DNA of 64,000 bases, taken from a bacterium. Its GTDB lineage: Bacteria; Patescibacteriota; Patescibacteriia; JACQRZ01. The position numbers and the translations under genes were made by a program. Under the pieces are notes generated by a model. The model saw only the letters and a list, made by a program, of their open reading frames with translations. It was not told the origin of the DNA and did no database searches. Within the stretch, counting starts at the first letter, position 1, and each line of letters begins with the position of its first letter. The DNA lies in assembly GCA_030688365.1 (NCBI GenBank), contig JAUYIE010000021.1, positions 9,866 through 73,865 on the forward strand. The letters are read 5' to 3'. Of the stretch, positions 46,537 to 59,506 are shown one piece after another.

Positions 46537-47343
46537 ATGGAAACTCCATGGATGATTGATACACATTGCCATCTGAATCTGGGACAATATAATGAGGACT
46601 ATCAAACTATCATCGACGATGCCTTAGAGCACAAGACTGCGATTATTATTCCCGGCTGTGATTTGGCGAGCAGTAAAAAGGGTGTAGAAATTACTACTGC
46701 GTATACAGGTAAACCAATCTGGGCGGCAGTGGGTCAACATCCGACAGAAACAGGCGAAGAATGGGATGAAAAAGTGTATAGTGATCTTGCTCGGTCAGAT
46801 TTCGTCGTTGCGATAGGGGAGATTGGTTTGGATTATTTTCATTTGCCACAAGATGCACTGGAGCGCGAACACGCGGTCATTGCGCAAAAAAAACTTTTGC
46901 AACAACAACTGGATTTGGCACATGAAGTCAAAAAGCCGGTGATTTTACATTGTCGGGACGCTCATGATGATTTGATAGAGATGCTGATAAAACAATATGG
47001 CGTTTGGACAAGTGATCGCGAGCGGGGTGTGATACACTGTTTCACTGCAGGCATACGTGAAGCGCAAAGCTATCTTGATCTTGGTTTTTTGATTTCCTTT
47101 ACCGGGATTGTGACGTTTACCAACGAATACGATGATGTTTTGAAAGATATACCTTTTGAAAAACTGATGTTGGATTCTGATGCGCCATTTTTATCACCTG
47201 TACCTCATCGAGGGAAAAGGAATCATCCTCGCTACGTAGAGTTTATTGCAAAAAAGATTGCAGAAGTGAAAGGTGTTACATTTGAAGCAGTTGTCATGCA
47301 AACAAGTAAAAATGCACGACGATTATTTGAGATATCTTTTTGA
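46537..47343 (+). CDS. tatD: TatD-family metal-dependent hydrolase (DNase)
   Basis: 'IDTHCHLN', 'AIGEIGLDY', 'ILHCRDAHDD' and 'GVIHCFTAG'. Confidence 0.8.
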   Translation: METPWMIDTHCHLNLGQYNEDYQTIIDDALEHKTAIIIPGCDLASSKKGVEITTAYTGKPIWAAVGQHPTETGEEWDEKVYSDLARSDFVVAIGEIGLDYFHLPQDALEREHAVIAQKKLLQQQLDLAHEVKKPVILHCRDAHDDLIEMLIKQYGVWTSDRERGVIHCFTAGIREAQSYLDLGFLISFTGIVTFTNEYDDVLKDIPFEKLMLDSDAPFLSPVPHRGKRNHPRYVEFIAKKIAEVKGVTFEAVVMQTSKNARRLFEISF

Positions 47344-47390
47344 TATCCACTTTTAAATAATTGTGGGGGGGTAAAAGAGTGGTATACTAA

Positions 47391-50300
47391 ATGCGTACTT
47401 CCTATACTGTGGACAAGATGAAAAATAATGATGACAGACATTTTTCTGCATTCAAAGCGGACATACGACACTTGTATGTTTTGTTTGTTTTTATGATTCT
47501 TACTTTGGGTGTCGGAGTTTTTTTGTTGACACAGAGTAGGAGTGGAGATAGTTTGGCAGCTAGTACAATTGTAGATTCAGGAATTCAGGCTGGTCAGTAT
47601 ACATCAATAGCTATGGCTGCTGATGGCTACGCTCGAATTAGTTATTATCAGCAGAATGGTGGTGATCTTAAATTTGCTCAATGTACGAATGCAGATTGTA
47701 GCACAAACAATCTTACGGTTGTTGATTCTACTGGCGATGTTGGTGAATATACGTCTCTCGCTATGGCCGATGACGGATTTGCGCGTATTAGTTACTATGA
47801 TGAGACAAATACTGATATTAAATTCGTACAATGTACAAATGACGCATGTTCGACAAGTGTTATTACAACAATTGATTCTATGGGTGATGTCGGGAAAGAT
47901 ACAGCAATAACAATGGCCGATGACGGATTTGCGCGTATTAGTTACTATGATGAGACAAATACTGATATTAAATTCGTACAATGTACAAATGACGCATGTT
48001 CGACAAACGTTATTACTACGGTGGCTACGAACTCCCTTGGCTATGGTACCGATATCGCTATGGCCTCTGATGGGTATGCTAGGATCACCCACTATGCAAC
48101 TTCAATATATTCATATTTGCAGTTTATTCAATGTACAAATGCGGATTGTTCGACGAAAAATAGCACAAATATCTATCCCGCAGCTCCGGGGAGTGGGGGA
48201 ATTGGTAGTTCTGTTGCGATGGCAGACGACGGATACGCCCGTATTACATATCACGATGATTCAGCGGGTGGATCCGTAAAATTTGTTCAATGCACTAATG
48301 ACGCATGTTCAACAAACGTTCTTACTGATGTGGAAGCTCAATCCTATTCACCCTCTGCTCAAACATCACTTGCGATGGCAGACGACGGATACGCTCGGAT
48401 TGCTTATCTTGATACTGATAATGTTGATGTCAAATTTGTGCAATGCACGAATGATGCATGTTCCACAAATACTATATCCACTGTTGATAGTACTGGATCT
48501 GTAGGATGGTGGCCGTCTCTTGCTTTGGGTAGCGATGGATTTGCGAGGATTAGTTATTATGACTCGTCAAATACTGATCTCAAATTTTTCCAATGTGTTG
48601 ATGCTGCCTGTTCAAATGCTGCGCCAACAGCTTCTTCTGTCACTATCACTGGTACTGCTGAGGTTGATCAGCTACTCACAGGTAATTATACTTATGCTGA
48701 CACTGATGGTGACAGTGAAGGTACATCCACATTTCGGTGGCTTCGCGATGATGTGGCGATTGATGGTGCAACATCTTCTACATATACAACAGTAGAAGCT
48801 GATGGAGGTACGACTATAAAATTTGAAGTCACTCCTGTCGCCGCTACAGGTACATCTCCCGGCATTGCCGTTGAAAGCGTTGGAACCGCGATTACTGCGA
48901 ATAGCGCTCCCACCGCCCCCACCACACTGTATTCAAATACTGCTATCACCACGGCTCAAGCAGGTAGCGCCAATCCTACGACACTTGTAAATAATGATAT
49001 TGTGGTATCAGCCATTAACAATGACCCAGACGCTGATGCCGCTGATAAGTATGAAGTACAGGTTGCTACCGATAATGTATTTGCGAGCATTGTATATGAT
49101 TCCGGTAGTTCAGGTACTAGTATGACATCCACGGCGGACGGCGCTCGTTCACCTGATATTGGTATTCCTGTATCAATCACCGCTGGTACGACTTATTATT
49201 GGCGAATCAAATTTTGGGATACAAACTCTGCAGAGGGGGCATGGTCTCCATCAGCAGAAAGTGCTGCAACATTTCAAACAAATGCATCTCTCGCAACAGC
49301 TTTGACTACAATAGATAGCACAGGGACAGTAGGGCAATATACTTCCACAGTTGTTGCTTCTGATGGTTTTTCGCGTATTGCGTACTACGATACAACCAAT
49401 ACCGACCTCAAGTTTGCTCAATGTATTGATTCCACGTGTACCTCACCTGTTATAACGTCAGTAGATAGCACTGGTTCAGTCGGTCAATACACCTCTATTG
49501 CTATGGCATCTGATGGATTTGCGAGAATTAGTTATTATGACCAAACTAATGCTTCTCTCAAATTTGCTCAATGTACTAATGCTGCATGTTCCACAAGCGT
49601 TATTACTACAGTAGATAATACTGCTACTTCTGCAGGTACTTTTACATCGATTGTCATGGCATCTGATGGATTTCCTCGTATAGGGTACTATAGTTATATT
49701 GCTGGTGGTAAATTTGACCCGTCGTATTATCAGCTCAAGTTTGCTAAATGCGAGAACGCATCATGTTCGTCAAAAACTCTTTCGGTTGTAGATTCTTCTG
49801 GATCCCTCCAGGTTGGTCAATATGCTTCTCTCTCAATGTCTGCATCTGATGGATTTCCGCGTTTTTCCTATTATGATACGACTAACACCAGTCTCAAATT
49901 TGCTCAATGTACGGATGCCACATGCACTGCACCAGTACTAACTACGGTAGACAGTACTGACACTGTTGGATTATATACATCACTTACCATGGCTTCTGAC
50001 GGCTTTGCACGGATCAGTTATTATGATGCAACAAATAGGGATTTGAAGTTTGCACAATGTACGGATGCCGCCTGTACAAGTCCCGTACTAACAACCGTAG
50101 ACAGTACAGGCATTGTTGGTACATATACATCTTTAAAAATGGCATCCGATGGCTTTGCACGTATTGCGTATTATGATACAACTAACACTAATTTGAAGTT
50201 TGTAAAATGTACTGATGCTCCGTGTACTTCGGGAAGTGCGACGTTTACTTCTGTCGCGAGTGATGGGTCTGTGGGCACCTATGCATCTCTTGCGTTGACT

Positions 50301-51236
50301 TCAAGTGGTTACCCAACGATTTCTTACTATGACGCAACAAATCTCGATCTCAAACTCGCTTCCTGTACGAACTCTGTTTGTACTGATGCGGTGGAAAATG
50401 TCATCCCCACAGCTTCCTCCGTCTCCATCTCCGGTCTTGCTATAGAAGATGGAACCCTCACTGGTAGTTATACCTACACTGACGCTGATGGAGACGTCGA
50501 AGGTACTTCTACTTTCCGATGGCTTCGTGATGATGTCGCTATTGATGATGCTACCTCATCAACTTATGTCCTTGCCACCGATGATGTTGGTACTGCCATA
50601 AAGTTTGAAGTCACTCCTGTTGCAGACACTGGTCTCACCCCCGGTACGGCAGTAGCAAGTAGTGTTACTTCCACTGTTATACCTGCTCCTACCATGTCCT
50701 TTGACATAGACACTGCTACTACAGACACGGAAAGTGCTACACCCTACAGCGTTAGTCTTGGTACACTTTCTGCTTCAACACTCACCACCTCAAACAGTAG
50801 TATCAACAGTATATTCCTTGACCTGACCAGTAATGCAGGAAATGGTTCTACTATCACGGTCATGGGAAGTAACGGAGGACTCTATTCCACAACAGCAGAT
50901 AATACGATCACCCTAGCCACCAGCGAAGAAACTGTCATTGCAGGACAAGAGAAGTTTGGCATGTGTGTCGCAAGTGCCACACAGGTATCAGGAACAGGTA
51001 CATTCACTGCAAGTTCCACCTACGACGCGAACGGCGCGTCAAACTGCACCATATTAAACGGTGGAACACCCACCATCGGTAAGATCAACACCACTGCCAC
51101 ATCCATCCTTTCCACAGACGGCACTATTACCACAGGCAGAGCACAAATACTTCTCAAAGCAAGTATCACCGGCCTTACCCCGGCTGCCTCTGACTACACC
51201 GAAACCCTTACCTTCATTGCTACGGGGGAGTTTTAG
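47391..51236 (+). CDS. Giant secreted repeat protein of 1281 aa. It has at least 16 copies of a ~42-aa repeat, likely beta-propeller blades, plus two Ig-like 'RWLRDDVAIDGATSSTY' modules.
   Basis: N-terminal TM anchor. The repeat consensus is 'YTSIAMAxDGFARISYYDxTNTDLKFAQCTxAxCSTxVxTTVDSTGxVG'. Confidence 0.75.
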   Translation: MRTSYTVDKMKNNDDRHFSAFKADIRHLYVLFVFMILTLGVGVFLLTQSRSGDSLAASTIVDSGIQAGQYTSIAMAADGYARISYYQQNGGDLKFAQCTNADCSTNNLTVVDSTGDVGEYTSLAMADDGFARISYYDETNTDIKFVQCTNDACSTSVITTIDSMGDVGKDTAITMADDGFARISYYDETNTDIKFVQCTNDACSTNVITTVATNSLGYGTDIAMASDGYARITHYATSIYSYLQFIQCTNADCSTKNSTNIYPAAPGSGGIGSSVAMADDGYARITYHDDSAGGSVKFVQCTNDACSTNVLTDVEAQSYSPSAQTSLAMADDGYARIAYLDTDNVDVKFVQCTNDACSTNTISTVDSTGSVGWWPSLALGSDGFARISYYDSSNTDLKFFQCVDAACSNAAPTASSVTITGTAEVDQLLTGNYTYADTDGDSEGTSTFRWLRDDVAIDGATSSTYTTVEADGGTTIKFEVTPVAATGTSPGIAVESVGTAITANSAPTAPTTLYSNTAITTAQAGSANPTTLVNNDIVVSAINNDPDADAADKYEVQVATDNVFASIVYDSGSSGTSMTSTADGARSPDIGIPVSITAGTTYYWRIKFWDTNSAEGAWSPSAESAATFQTNASLATALTTIDSTGTVGQYTSTVVASDGFSRIAYYDTTNTDLKFAQCIDSTCTSPVITSVDSTGSVGQYTSIAMASDGFARISYYDQTNASLKFAQCTNAACSTSVITTVDNTATSAGTFTSIVMASDGFPRIGYYSYIAGGKFDPSYYQLKFAKCENASCSSKTLSVVDSSGSLQVGQYASLSMSASDGFPRFSYYDTTNTSLKFAQCTDATCTAPVLTTVDSTDTVGLYTSLTMASDGFARISYYDATNRDLKFAQCTDAACTSPVLTTVDSTGIVGTYTSLKMASDGFARIAYYDTTNTNLKFVKCTDAPCTSGSATFTSVASDGSVGTYASLALTSSGYPTISYYDATNLDLKLASCTNSVCTDAVENVIPTASSVSISGLAIEDGTLTGSYTYTDADGDVEGTSTFRWLRDDVAIDDATSSTYVLATDDVGTAIKFEVTPVADTGLTPGTAVASSVTSTVIPAPTMSFDIDTATTDTESATPYSVSLGTLSASTLTTSNSSINSIFLDLTSNAGNGSTITVMGSNGGLYSTTADNTITLATSEETVIAGQEKFGMCVASATQVSGTGTFTASSTYDANGASNCTILNGGTPTIGKINTTATSILSTDGTITTGRAQILLKASITGLTPAASDYTETLTFIATGEF
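47763..48006. repeat. Direct tandem duplication with a 150-bp period. 94 bp is perfectly identical and about 104/106 is near-identical, all inside the repeat-protein gene.
   Basis: 47763-47856 is identical to 47913-48006 ('atggccgatgacggatttgcgcgtattagttactatgatgagacaaatactgatattaaattcgtacaatgtacaaatgacgcatgttcgacaa'). Confidence 0.85.
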
Positions 51237-51260
51237 AGGAAAAGTCGGAAAATTAATGTA

Positions 51261-51566
51261 TTGACCGCCTCAATATATCTTGATATAATGGGCATATTGT
51301 CATTTTTTATGCCTACACAGTCAAAAGATACAGCTCGCTTAGTAGGACTCGCGCTCAACATCGGATGGCAGATTGCCATCCCGTTGGTAGTATGTGCGCT
51401 TGCGGGTCGTATGATAGACAGAGTATGGCACACCACCCCGTTATTTTTTTTAATGGGAGTTATCATTTCTTTGTTGCTGTCTTCATGGCTGGTCGTGCGT
51501 ATAGTGAGTCGCGTTATCACCGCCACCGCAGATACACACACTGATATCAAAACAGACAAACAGTAA
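51261..51566 (+). CDS. ATP synthase protein I-like (AtpI/AtpZ) small membrane protein
   Basis: Two TM helices. It sits immediately upstream of atpB. The start is possibly at 51309. Confidence 0.5.
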   Translation: MTASIYLDIMGILSFFMPTQSKDTARLVGLALNIGWQIAIPLVVCALAGRMIDRVWHTTPLFFLMGVIISLLLSSWLVVRIVSRVITATADTHTDIKTDKQ

Positions 51567-51568
51567 GT

Positions 51569-52309
51569 ATGCATATATCTATAAAAGCAGAACCGTTATT
51601 CCATATTTTTGGACTTCCTATCACAAACAGCCTCTTGGTAACATGGGTTGTTGTTGTTGCTTTGGTTCTTGCATCATATTTTGTCACGAGACGATTGACC
51701 CGCATACCAGGAAAAGCACAAAATATCATTGAAACTTTTTTTGAGTTACTTTTGGGGTTATTTGACGGCGTGACTGGTGACCGTGCGCTCACAAAAAAGA
51801 TATTTCCTCTTGTCGCGACGATTTTTATTTCCGTGCTGGCCGTAAACTGGACGGGACTTTTCCCCGGTGTTGGCACGATTGGTATCAATGAAATAGGACA
51901 TGAAGGTACCAAGCTTGTTCCATTTTTACGCGCGCCTTCTGCTGATCTCAACTTTACCCTCGGGCTTTCACTTATTAGCGTCATCATGATTCAAATCTGG
52001 GGTATTGGCGCTTTGGGAATAGGAAAATACAGCAAAAAGTTTATTTCTTTCAAAAATCCTTTATCCTTTTTTATTGGTATTTTGGAGCTTGTTTCGGAGT
52101 TTTCTAAGGTAATTTCCTTTTCATTTCGTCTTTTTGGCAATATTTTTGCGGGAGAAGTACTCTTGACGGTTATCCTATCCCTGACATACTATATTGTGCC
52201 GGTTCCATTTTTGATGTTGGAACTATTTGTCGGATTGATACAAGCACTGGTATTTTCACTTTTGACGGCCGTGTTTGTCACATTGGCGCGCCAAGAGGCA
52301 CATGAATAA
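51569..52309 (+). CDS. atpB: F0F1 ATP synthase subunit a
   Basis: 'FRLFGNIFAGEVLL', the conserved Arg-containing helix. Confidence 0.9.
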   Translation: MHISIKAEPLFHIFGLPITNSLLVTWVVVVALVLASYFVTRRLTRIPGKAQNIIETFFELLLGLFDGVTGDRALTKKIFPLVATIFISVLAVNWTGLFPGVGTIGINEIGHEGTKLVPFLRAPSADLNFTLGLSLISVIMIQIWGIGALGIGKYSKKFISFKNPLSFFIGILELVSEFSKVISFSFRLFGNIFAGEVLLTVILSLTYYIVPVPFLMLELFVGLIQALVFSLLTAVFVTLARQEAHE

Positions 52310-52362
52310 ATACAGACGCAAGCGGGCTTTTCGCCCTTTTACGCTTTTATTTATAACAGTAA

Positions 52363-52626
<264 letters not shown>

Positions 52627-52644
52627 GAATAGCATACTTGCATT

Positions 52645-53151
52645 ATGGAAGTATTTTCACAGCTGGGAATTGATTGGAAACTACTCATCGCGCAGATGGT
52701 CAATATTGTGATACTTTTGGCGCTTTTGTATAAGTTTTTGTATAAACCAGTACTTAAAGCATTGGATGATAGACAAAAGATGGTAACGGACAGTGTTCAT
52801 AAGGCCGATGAGATTGCAACACGTCTAAAGGTTACGGAAAAAGAACAACATGATTTGTTGGCAAAAGCGCGAGAGCAAGCACAAGAAATCGTTGCTCAAG
52901 CCCGTGATGTGGCTAAAGCGCAGACAGAAGAAGCGGTGACTCGGACACGAGCTGAAGTAGAAAATGTCGTACGACAGGCAAAAGTGCATATTGAAGCCGA
53001 AAAACAAAAAATGCTTGCAGATGCATCTTCTCAACTTGCTGATGTGGTAGTAGTTGCGACAAAAAAGATCATGGGAGAAGTGGCTGATGAAAAAATGGAA
53101 CGACTACTTGCACAAAAGGCAGTTGACGCATTAAAGGATGTCAACGTATGA
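52645..53151 (+). CDS. atpF: F0F1 ATP synthase subunit b
   Basis: N-terminal TM followed by a long charged helix. Confidence 0.8.
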   Translation: MEVFSQLGIDWKLLIAQMVNIVILLALLYKFLYKPVLKALDDRQKMVTDSVHKADEIATRLKVTEKEQHDLLAKAREQAQEIVAQARDVAKAQTEEAVTRTRAEVENVVRQAKVHIEAEKQKMLADASSQLADVVVVATKKIMGEVADEKMERLLAQKAVDALKDVNV

Positions 53152-53549
53152 ACTATACTGCCAAACAATATAGTCAGGCGTTGTTAGAGTGTTGCAAAAA
53201 AGCAAAACAGGAAGATATTGATGCTATGGTAGCTCGTCTTGAAACACTTTTAAAAAAACAAGGAAAGCGATCATTGCTGGCACCAATCATCAAACAAGTC
53301 AGAGATGCTGATGATAAGGCAAATGGCGTGACACATGTGAAGGTCACGACTGGCGCTGATACGTCGGTCAATGACACTGATATCTCAAAGATCGTACGTG
53401 ATTTAGGGAAAGAAGAGCCACAGATTACCATAGAGCATGATGATACAATCATCGCCGGAGTACGTGTCCTTGTTGACTCACAGTGGTACATAGATACGAC
53501 CACCAATCAATCCATCAAAAAATTATCCGACCAATTACACACACTATAG
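53148..53549 (+). CDS. atpH: F0F1 ATP synthase subunit delta, short at 133 aa
   Basis: Its position between atpF and atpA, and its OSCP-like helical composition. Confidence 0.65.
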   Translation: MNYTAKQYSQALLECCKKAKQEDIDAMVARLETLLKKQGKRSLLAPIIKQVRDADDKANGVTHVKVTTGADTSVNDTDISKIVRDLGKEEPQITIEHDDTIIAGVRVLVDSQWYIDTTTNQSIKKLSDQLHTL

Positions 53550-53551
53550 AT

Positions 53552-55063
53552 ATGAGTACAAATTATTTAATACAAGAACTTGAAAAACGACTAAAGGGCT
53601 ACTCTCAAGAAGAGGAAGTCGCAGAGGTCGGCGTTGTTATTTCAGCGGGAGACGGCATCGCACGTATTGGCGGTCTTTCAAATGTACAGTCTGCTGAAAT
53701 GATTGAGATACAAACAGAAAAAGAAGTCATCATGGCAGTCGTGCTCAATCTTGAAGAAGACTCGGTGGGTGTGATGATTTTGGGTGATGCGGAAATGGTC
53801 AGAGAGGGGGACATGGCAAAGCGTACAAAACGTATTTTGCAGGTGCCTGTTGGTGAAGGACTGATTGGTCGTGTGGTAGGCCCACTTGGTGATACAAAAG
53901 ATGGTAAGGGCGTCATCAATGCCAATGGTTTTTATCCTGTAGAAAAAATCGCGCCCGGTGTGATCACTCGTCAATCAGTAAACAGACCGCTTCAGACAGG
54001 AATCAAAGCGATTGACTCCATGATTCCCATTGGACGAGGGCAACGCGAGCTCATCATCGGTGATCGTCAAACAGGAAAGACCGCGATTGCGATAGACACG
54101 ATTATCAATCAAAAAGGACAAGATGTGATCTGTATCTATGTCGCGATTGGTCAAAAGGATTCTAAAGTTGCCAAAATCAAAGCGCGTTTGGAAAGTATGG
54201 GCGCGATGGAATACACGACTATCGTAGTCGCAGGAGCATCTGAAGCTGCCGCACTTTCATATATCGCCCCTTATGCTGGTTGTGCGATCGGTGAATATTT
54301 TATGGACAAAGGCAAGGATGTGTTGATCGTATATGATGATCTTTCTCGTCATGCTGTATCGTATCGTGAGATCTCACTTCTTTTGCGTCGTCCGCCAGGA
54401 CGTGAGGCATACCCTGGAGATGTGTTCTATTTACATTCCCGTTTGCTGGAACGTTCTGCAAACTTGAGTAAGGAGTTTGGCGGTGGTTCTTTGACTGCAC
54501 TTCCTATCATTGAGACACAAGCAGGTGATGTGTCAGCATACATTCCAACCAATGTGATTTCCATTACTGATGGACAGATTTATTTGGAAGCGGATCTTTT
54601 TTATCAAGGTATTCGTCCCGCACTCAATGTTGGTTTGTCGGTGTCTCGTGTAGGGTCTGCAGCTCAAACAAAAGCAATGAAAAAAGTTGCGGGTACACTC
54701 CGTCTTGACTTGGCTCAATACAGAGAGCTTGCAGCATTTGCGCAGTTTGGTTCTGATTTGGATGAAGAAACCAAACACCGTCTTGAAAGAGGAAAACGTG
54801 TAACAGAAGGATTGAAACAAGGACAGTATGTGCCGATGTCCGTCGCGCAACAAGTTATCATCTTGTATGCAATCGTGAATGGATATGCCGATGAGATAGA
54901 GGTTGCGCGTATTGCGGATTATGAAAAAGGACTGTTGGAGTATTTCATGACCGTGAAAAAAGAACTGTTTGAAACCATCAGTGAAAAGAATGAATTTACT
55001 CCAGAGATAGAGAGCTCGCTCAAAGAAGCTTTGGAAGAATATAAGGGAATGTTTAGCTCATAA
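53552..55063 (+). CDS. atpA: F0F1 ATP synthase subunit alpha
   Basis: Walker A '[14 protein letters not shown]'. The start is at [12 protein letters not shown] (53552). Confidence 0.92.
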   Translation: MSTNYLIQELEKRLKGYSQEEEVAEVGVVISAGDGIARIGGLSNVQSAEMIEIQTEKEVIMAVVLNLEEDSVGVMILGDAEMVREGDMAKRTKRILQVPVGEGLIGRVVGPLGDTKDGKGVINANGFYPVEKIAPGVITRQSVNRPLQTGIKAIDSMIPIGRGQRELIIGDRQTGKTAIAIDTIINQKGQDVICIYVAIGQKDSKVAKIKARLESMGAMEYTTIVVAGASEAAALSYIAPYAGCAIGEYFMDKGKDVLIVYDDLSRHAVSYREISLLLRRPPGREAYPGDVFYLHSRLLERSANLSKEFGGGSLTALPIIETQAGDVSAYIPTNVISITDGQIYLEADLFYQGIRPALNVGLSVSRVGSAAQTKAMKKVAGTLRLDLAQYRELAAFAQFGSDLDEETKHRLERGKRVTEGLKQGQYVPMSVAQQVIILYAIVNGYADEIEVARIADYEKGLLEYFMTVKKELFETISEKNEFTPEIESSLKEALEEYKGMFSS

Positions 55064-55065
55064 AT

Positions 55066-57331
<2,266 letters not shown>

Positions 57332-57515
57332 CGAGTCCGATGGTTGGGGATTATATCCTTCGGGTCGTCAAAATCCCCTGCGAGGATTTTGACTTAGTAC
57401 CCAAAGGGCATCTACGATCCTCGCTCGCTCTTGCCCTTTGGGCAAACCATGCCCGCTCTCTGCGGAATCCCGAAGAATACAATCCCCAACCCTCTCAACA
57501 AGATATTACCTTTTT

Positions 57516-57926
57516 ATGCCATTACACATTTCAATTGTCAGCCCAGAACGTGAATTGTTTGCCGGGGAGGCAGACCAGATCACCATGCCTACGCAAGAGG
57601 GTGAGATCACGGTACTTCCCGGACACGTTTCACTTGTTTCTCTGCTCAAAGCAGGGGAGGTTTTGATAAAACAAAATGGCGATGTGATTCCGATGGTCGT
57701 GTCAGGTGGATTTGCTCACATAGAAGCGAGGCGTGTGATTGTTTTGGCTGACACAGCGGAACGAGTTGAAGAGCTCATGTTGGAACGCGCGCAGGAAGCA
57801 TACGAACGTGCGCAGGAGGAGCTTTCAAAGACGCACATGGATGCTCGCGAATATGCCGCGATGGCGGCAAATCTTGAACGAGAACTTGCTCGTTTGAAAG
57901 TGGCGAGGAAGTATAGGAATAGGTAG
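57516..57926 (+). CDS. atpC: F0F1 ATP synthase subunit epsilon
   Basis: 'ISIVSPERELFAGEADQITMPTQEGEITVLPGH'. The start is at MPLHISI (57516). Confidence 0.85.
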   Translation: MPLHISIVSPERELFAGEADQITMPTQEGEITVLPGHVSLVSLLKAGEVLIKQNGDVIPMVVSGGFAHIEARRVIVLADTAERVEELMLERAQEAYERAQEELSKTHMDAREYAAMAANLERELARLKVARKYRNR

Positions 57927-57959
57927 TATTTTGGTATTCCATTTCTTTGCGGTATACTT

Positions 57960-58340
57960 GTGTCATACAAGTATATATACATTACTATTATGCTGAACGT
58001 GCAACGAGAAGGACAGCAACTTCATTTTGACGACGAGAAAGAACTTCTTGTGTTTATCGCTGAAAAAATGGCGTTCAAAGAGGATGTTGATAATTTGGAA
58101 AAGCGCGTAACAGTGATCGAGAACACCATGGCCACCAAGGATGATCTCAGGGGTATGGCTACAAAGGAAGATTTGAATGGCATGGCCACAAAAGAAGACC
58201 TGAAAAAAATGGAGGCTAGTTTGAAAGATTATACTGATAAAAAAGTGGAGGAAGTCAAACACCATACTTCCGTATTGCTCAAAAATAAAGAAGTTATCAA
58301 CAAAGACGAGGCCCTGCAATATATGCGAGCAAGCAGGTAA
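57960..58340 (+). CDS. Hypothetical coiled-coil protein with three tandem 9-10-aa repeats of MATKEDLxG
   Basis: 'MATKDDLRGMATKEDLNGMATKEDLKKM' is encoded by three imperfect 27-bp DNA repeats. Confidence 0.45.
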   Translation: MSYKYIYITIMLNVQREGQQLHFDDEKELLVFIAEKMAFKEDVDNLEKRVTVIENTMATKDDLRGMATKEDLNGMATKEDLKKMEASLKDYTDKKVEEVKHHTSVLLKNKEVINKDEALQYMRASR

Positions 58341-58346
58341 TGGTAT

Positions 58347-58946
58347 ATGCCAAATATCATCATCGTCTGCGGACTCCCCGGAAGCGGAAAAACAACTCTG
58401 GCGACAGCGCTTTCTAAAAGGCTTGGTTGGGTGTGCTTTCATAAAGACACAATCAAGGAAAGTCTGTATGACTCCATGGGATTTTCTACTCTTGAGGATA
58501 GTAAATACCTTGGTGCTATTTCCATGCGATTATTGTTTGATCTTGCACAAGAACAACTCGCGCGCAATATAGACCTCATCGTTGAAGCACCATTTAATTT
58601 TGAGTCGGATTATCCAACAATACGTCAATGGGAGAGAGATTACGGATGCGCTATCTATACGGTGATTTGTTCTGTTGATGACCAGGCGCGAACGCAACGC
58701 GTCGCAGATCGTCCACGTCATGCATCTCATCATGACGCTGATCGGTCTTTTAATCTCGGTGATGAAAAAGTATATGAACGCATTCCGGGAAAACATATTA
58801 ATATAGTAACAAGCCAGTCTGTTGAGGTACTGGTGGAGAAGGTAATAGATGATTTGTTAATATCTGACATAGAAAAAGCTAGATTGCAAGTTAAAAAAGG
58901 TGAAGTTGTTTCTCAAGAACAAGTGCTTAAACAATTTGGAGTATGA
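58347..58946 (+). CDS. P-loop NTPase, a small-molecule or nucleotide kinase-like protein (AAA_33-like)
   Basis: Walker A 'VCGLPGSGKTTLA' at the N-terminus. Confidence 0.55.
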   Translation: MPNIIIVCGLPGSGKTTLATALSKRLGWVCFHKDTIKESLYDSMGFSTLEDSKYLGAISMRLLFDLAQEQLARNIDLIVEAPFNFESDYPTIRQWERDYGCAIYTVICSVDDQARTQRVADRPRHASHHDADRSFNLGDEKVYERIPGKHINIVTSQSVEVLVEKVIDDLLISDIEKARLQVKKGEVVSQEQVLKQFGV

Positions 58947-58969
58947 CCATAATAATTTAACCTAACCAT

Positions 58970-59407
58970 ATGTCACAAGATACACAACAGGTCAAAACAG
59001 TAGTGCTCGTAAAATGCGTTGATTGGCGCTTACATGAAACCGCAGAGGAATATATCAAACAACAGCTTCAATCGCAGTATCCCGATCATCTAATCAAAAT
59101 ATATGTATTGAGAGTCGCCGGTGCATGCAAGGATTTGGATGATGCAAGTAAACACGCCAGCGATATCATGGGTATCGCTCATGATGTGGAATATATGTAC
59201 TTGTGCAATCACCTCAACTGCGGGGCATATGCGAGTCGTGTTGCCAGTGAAGGGCTTGACGCACAAGGCGAAGAAGAAATGCATCGTAATGAAGTTGCGC
59301 GTCTCAAGGATATCATGCAAGAAAAATTTCCAGAATTAAACATCATTTCTCTCATTGAGCGCTTGGTCAATGACGCGGGCGCGGGCATGATTGAGCTCGA
59401 TATATAA
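58970..59407 (+). CDS. Hypothetical protein with 'CVDWR' and 'NHLNCG' motifs. These resemble a beta-carbonic-anhydrase-like Cys/His/Cys zinc site.
   Basis: C16-x-D-x-R and H81-x-x-C84 are present. Confidence 0.35.
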   Translation: MSQDTQQVKTVVLVKCVDWRLHETAEEYIKQQLQSQYPDHLIKIYVLRVAGACKDLDDASKHASDIMGIAHDVEYMYLCNHLNCGAYASRVASEGLDAQGEEEMHRNEVARLKDIMQEKFPELNIISLIERLVNDAGAGMIELDI

Positions 59408-59506
59408 GGATATTTGGTACAAAGTGGATAACTTTGTCAGAAGCGGGGTTGACAAACCTCGTTTTTGGTTATATGGTTATTAGATATTAGATATTGGTAG
59501 CAAAAA

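Noticed and set aside
47604-49180. Multiple 60-160-aa ORFs on both strands inside the giant repeat-protein gene.
   Set aside because: Repetitive coding DNA generates long alternative frames. All lie within a gene that is well supported by its periodic protein repeats.
59481-59497. Short direct repeat 'attagatattagatatt' upstream of the 59507 gene.
   Set aside because: It is only two copies of 7 nt in an AT-rich promoter region and is not distinctive.
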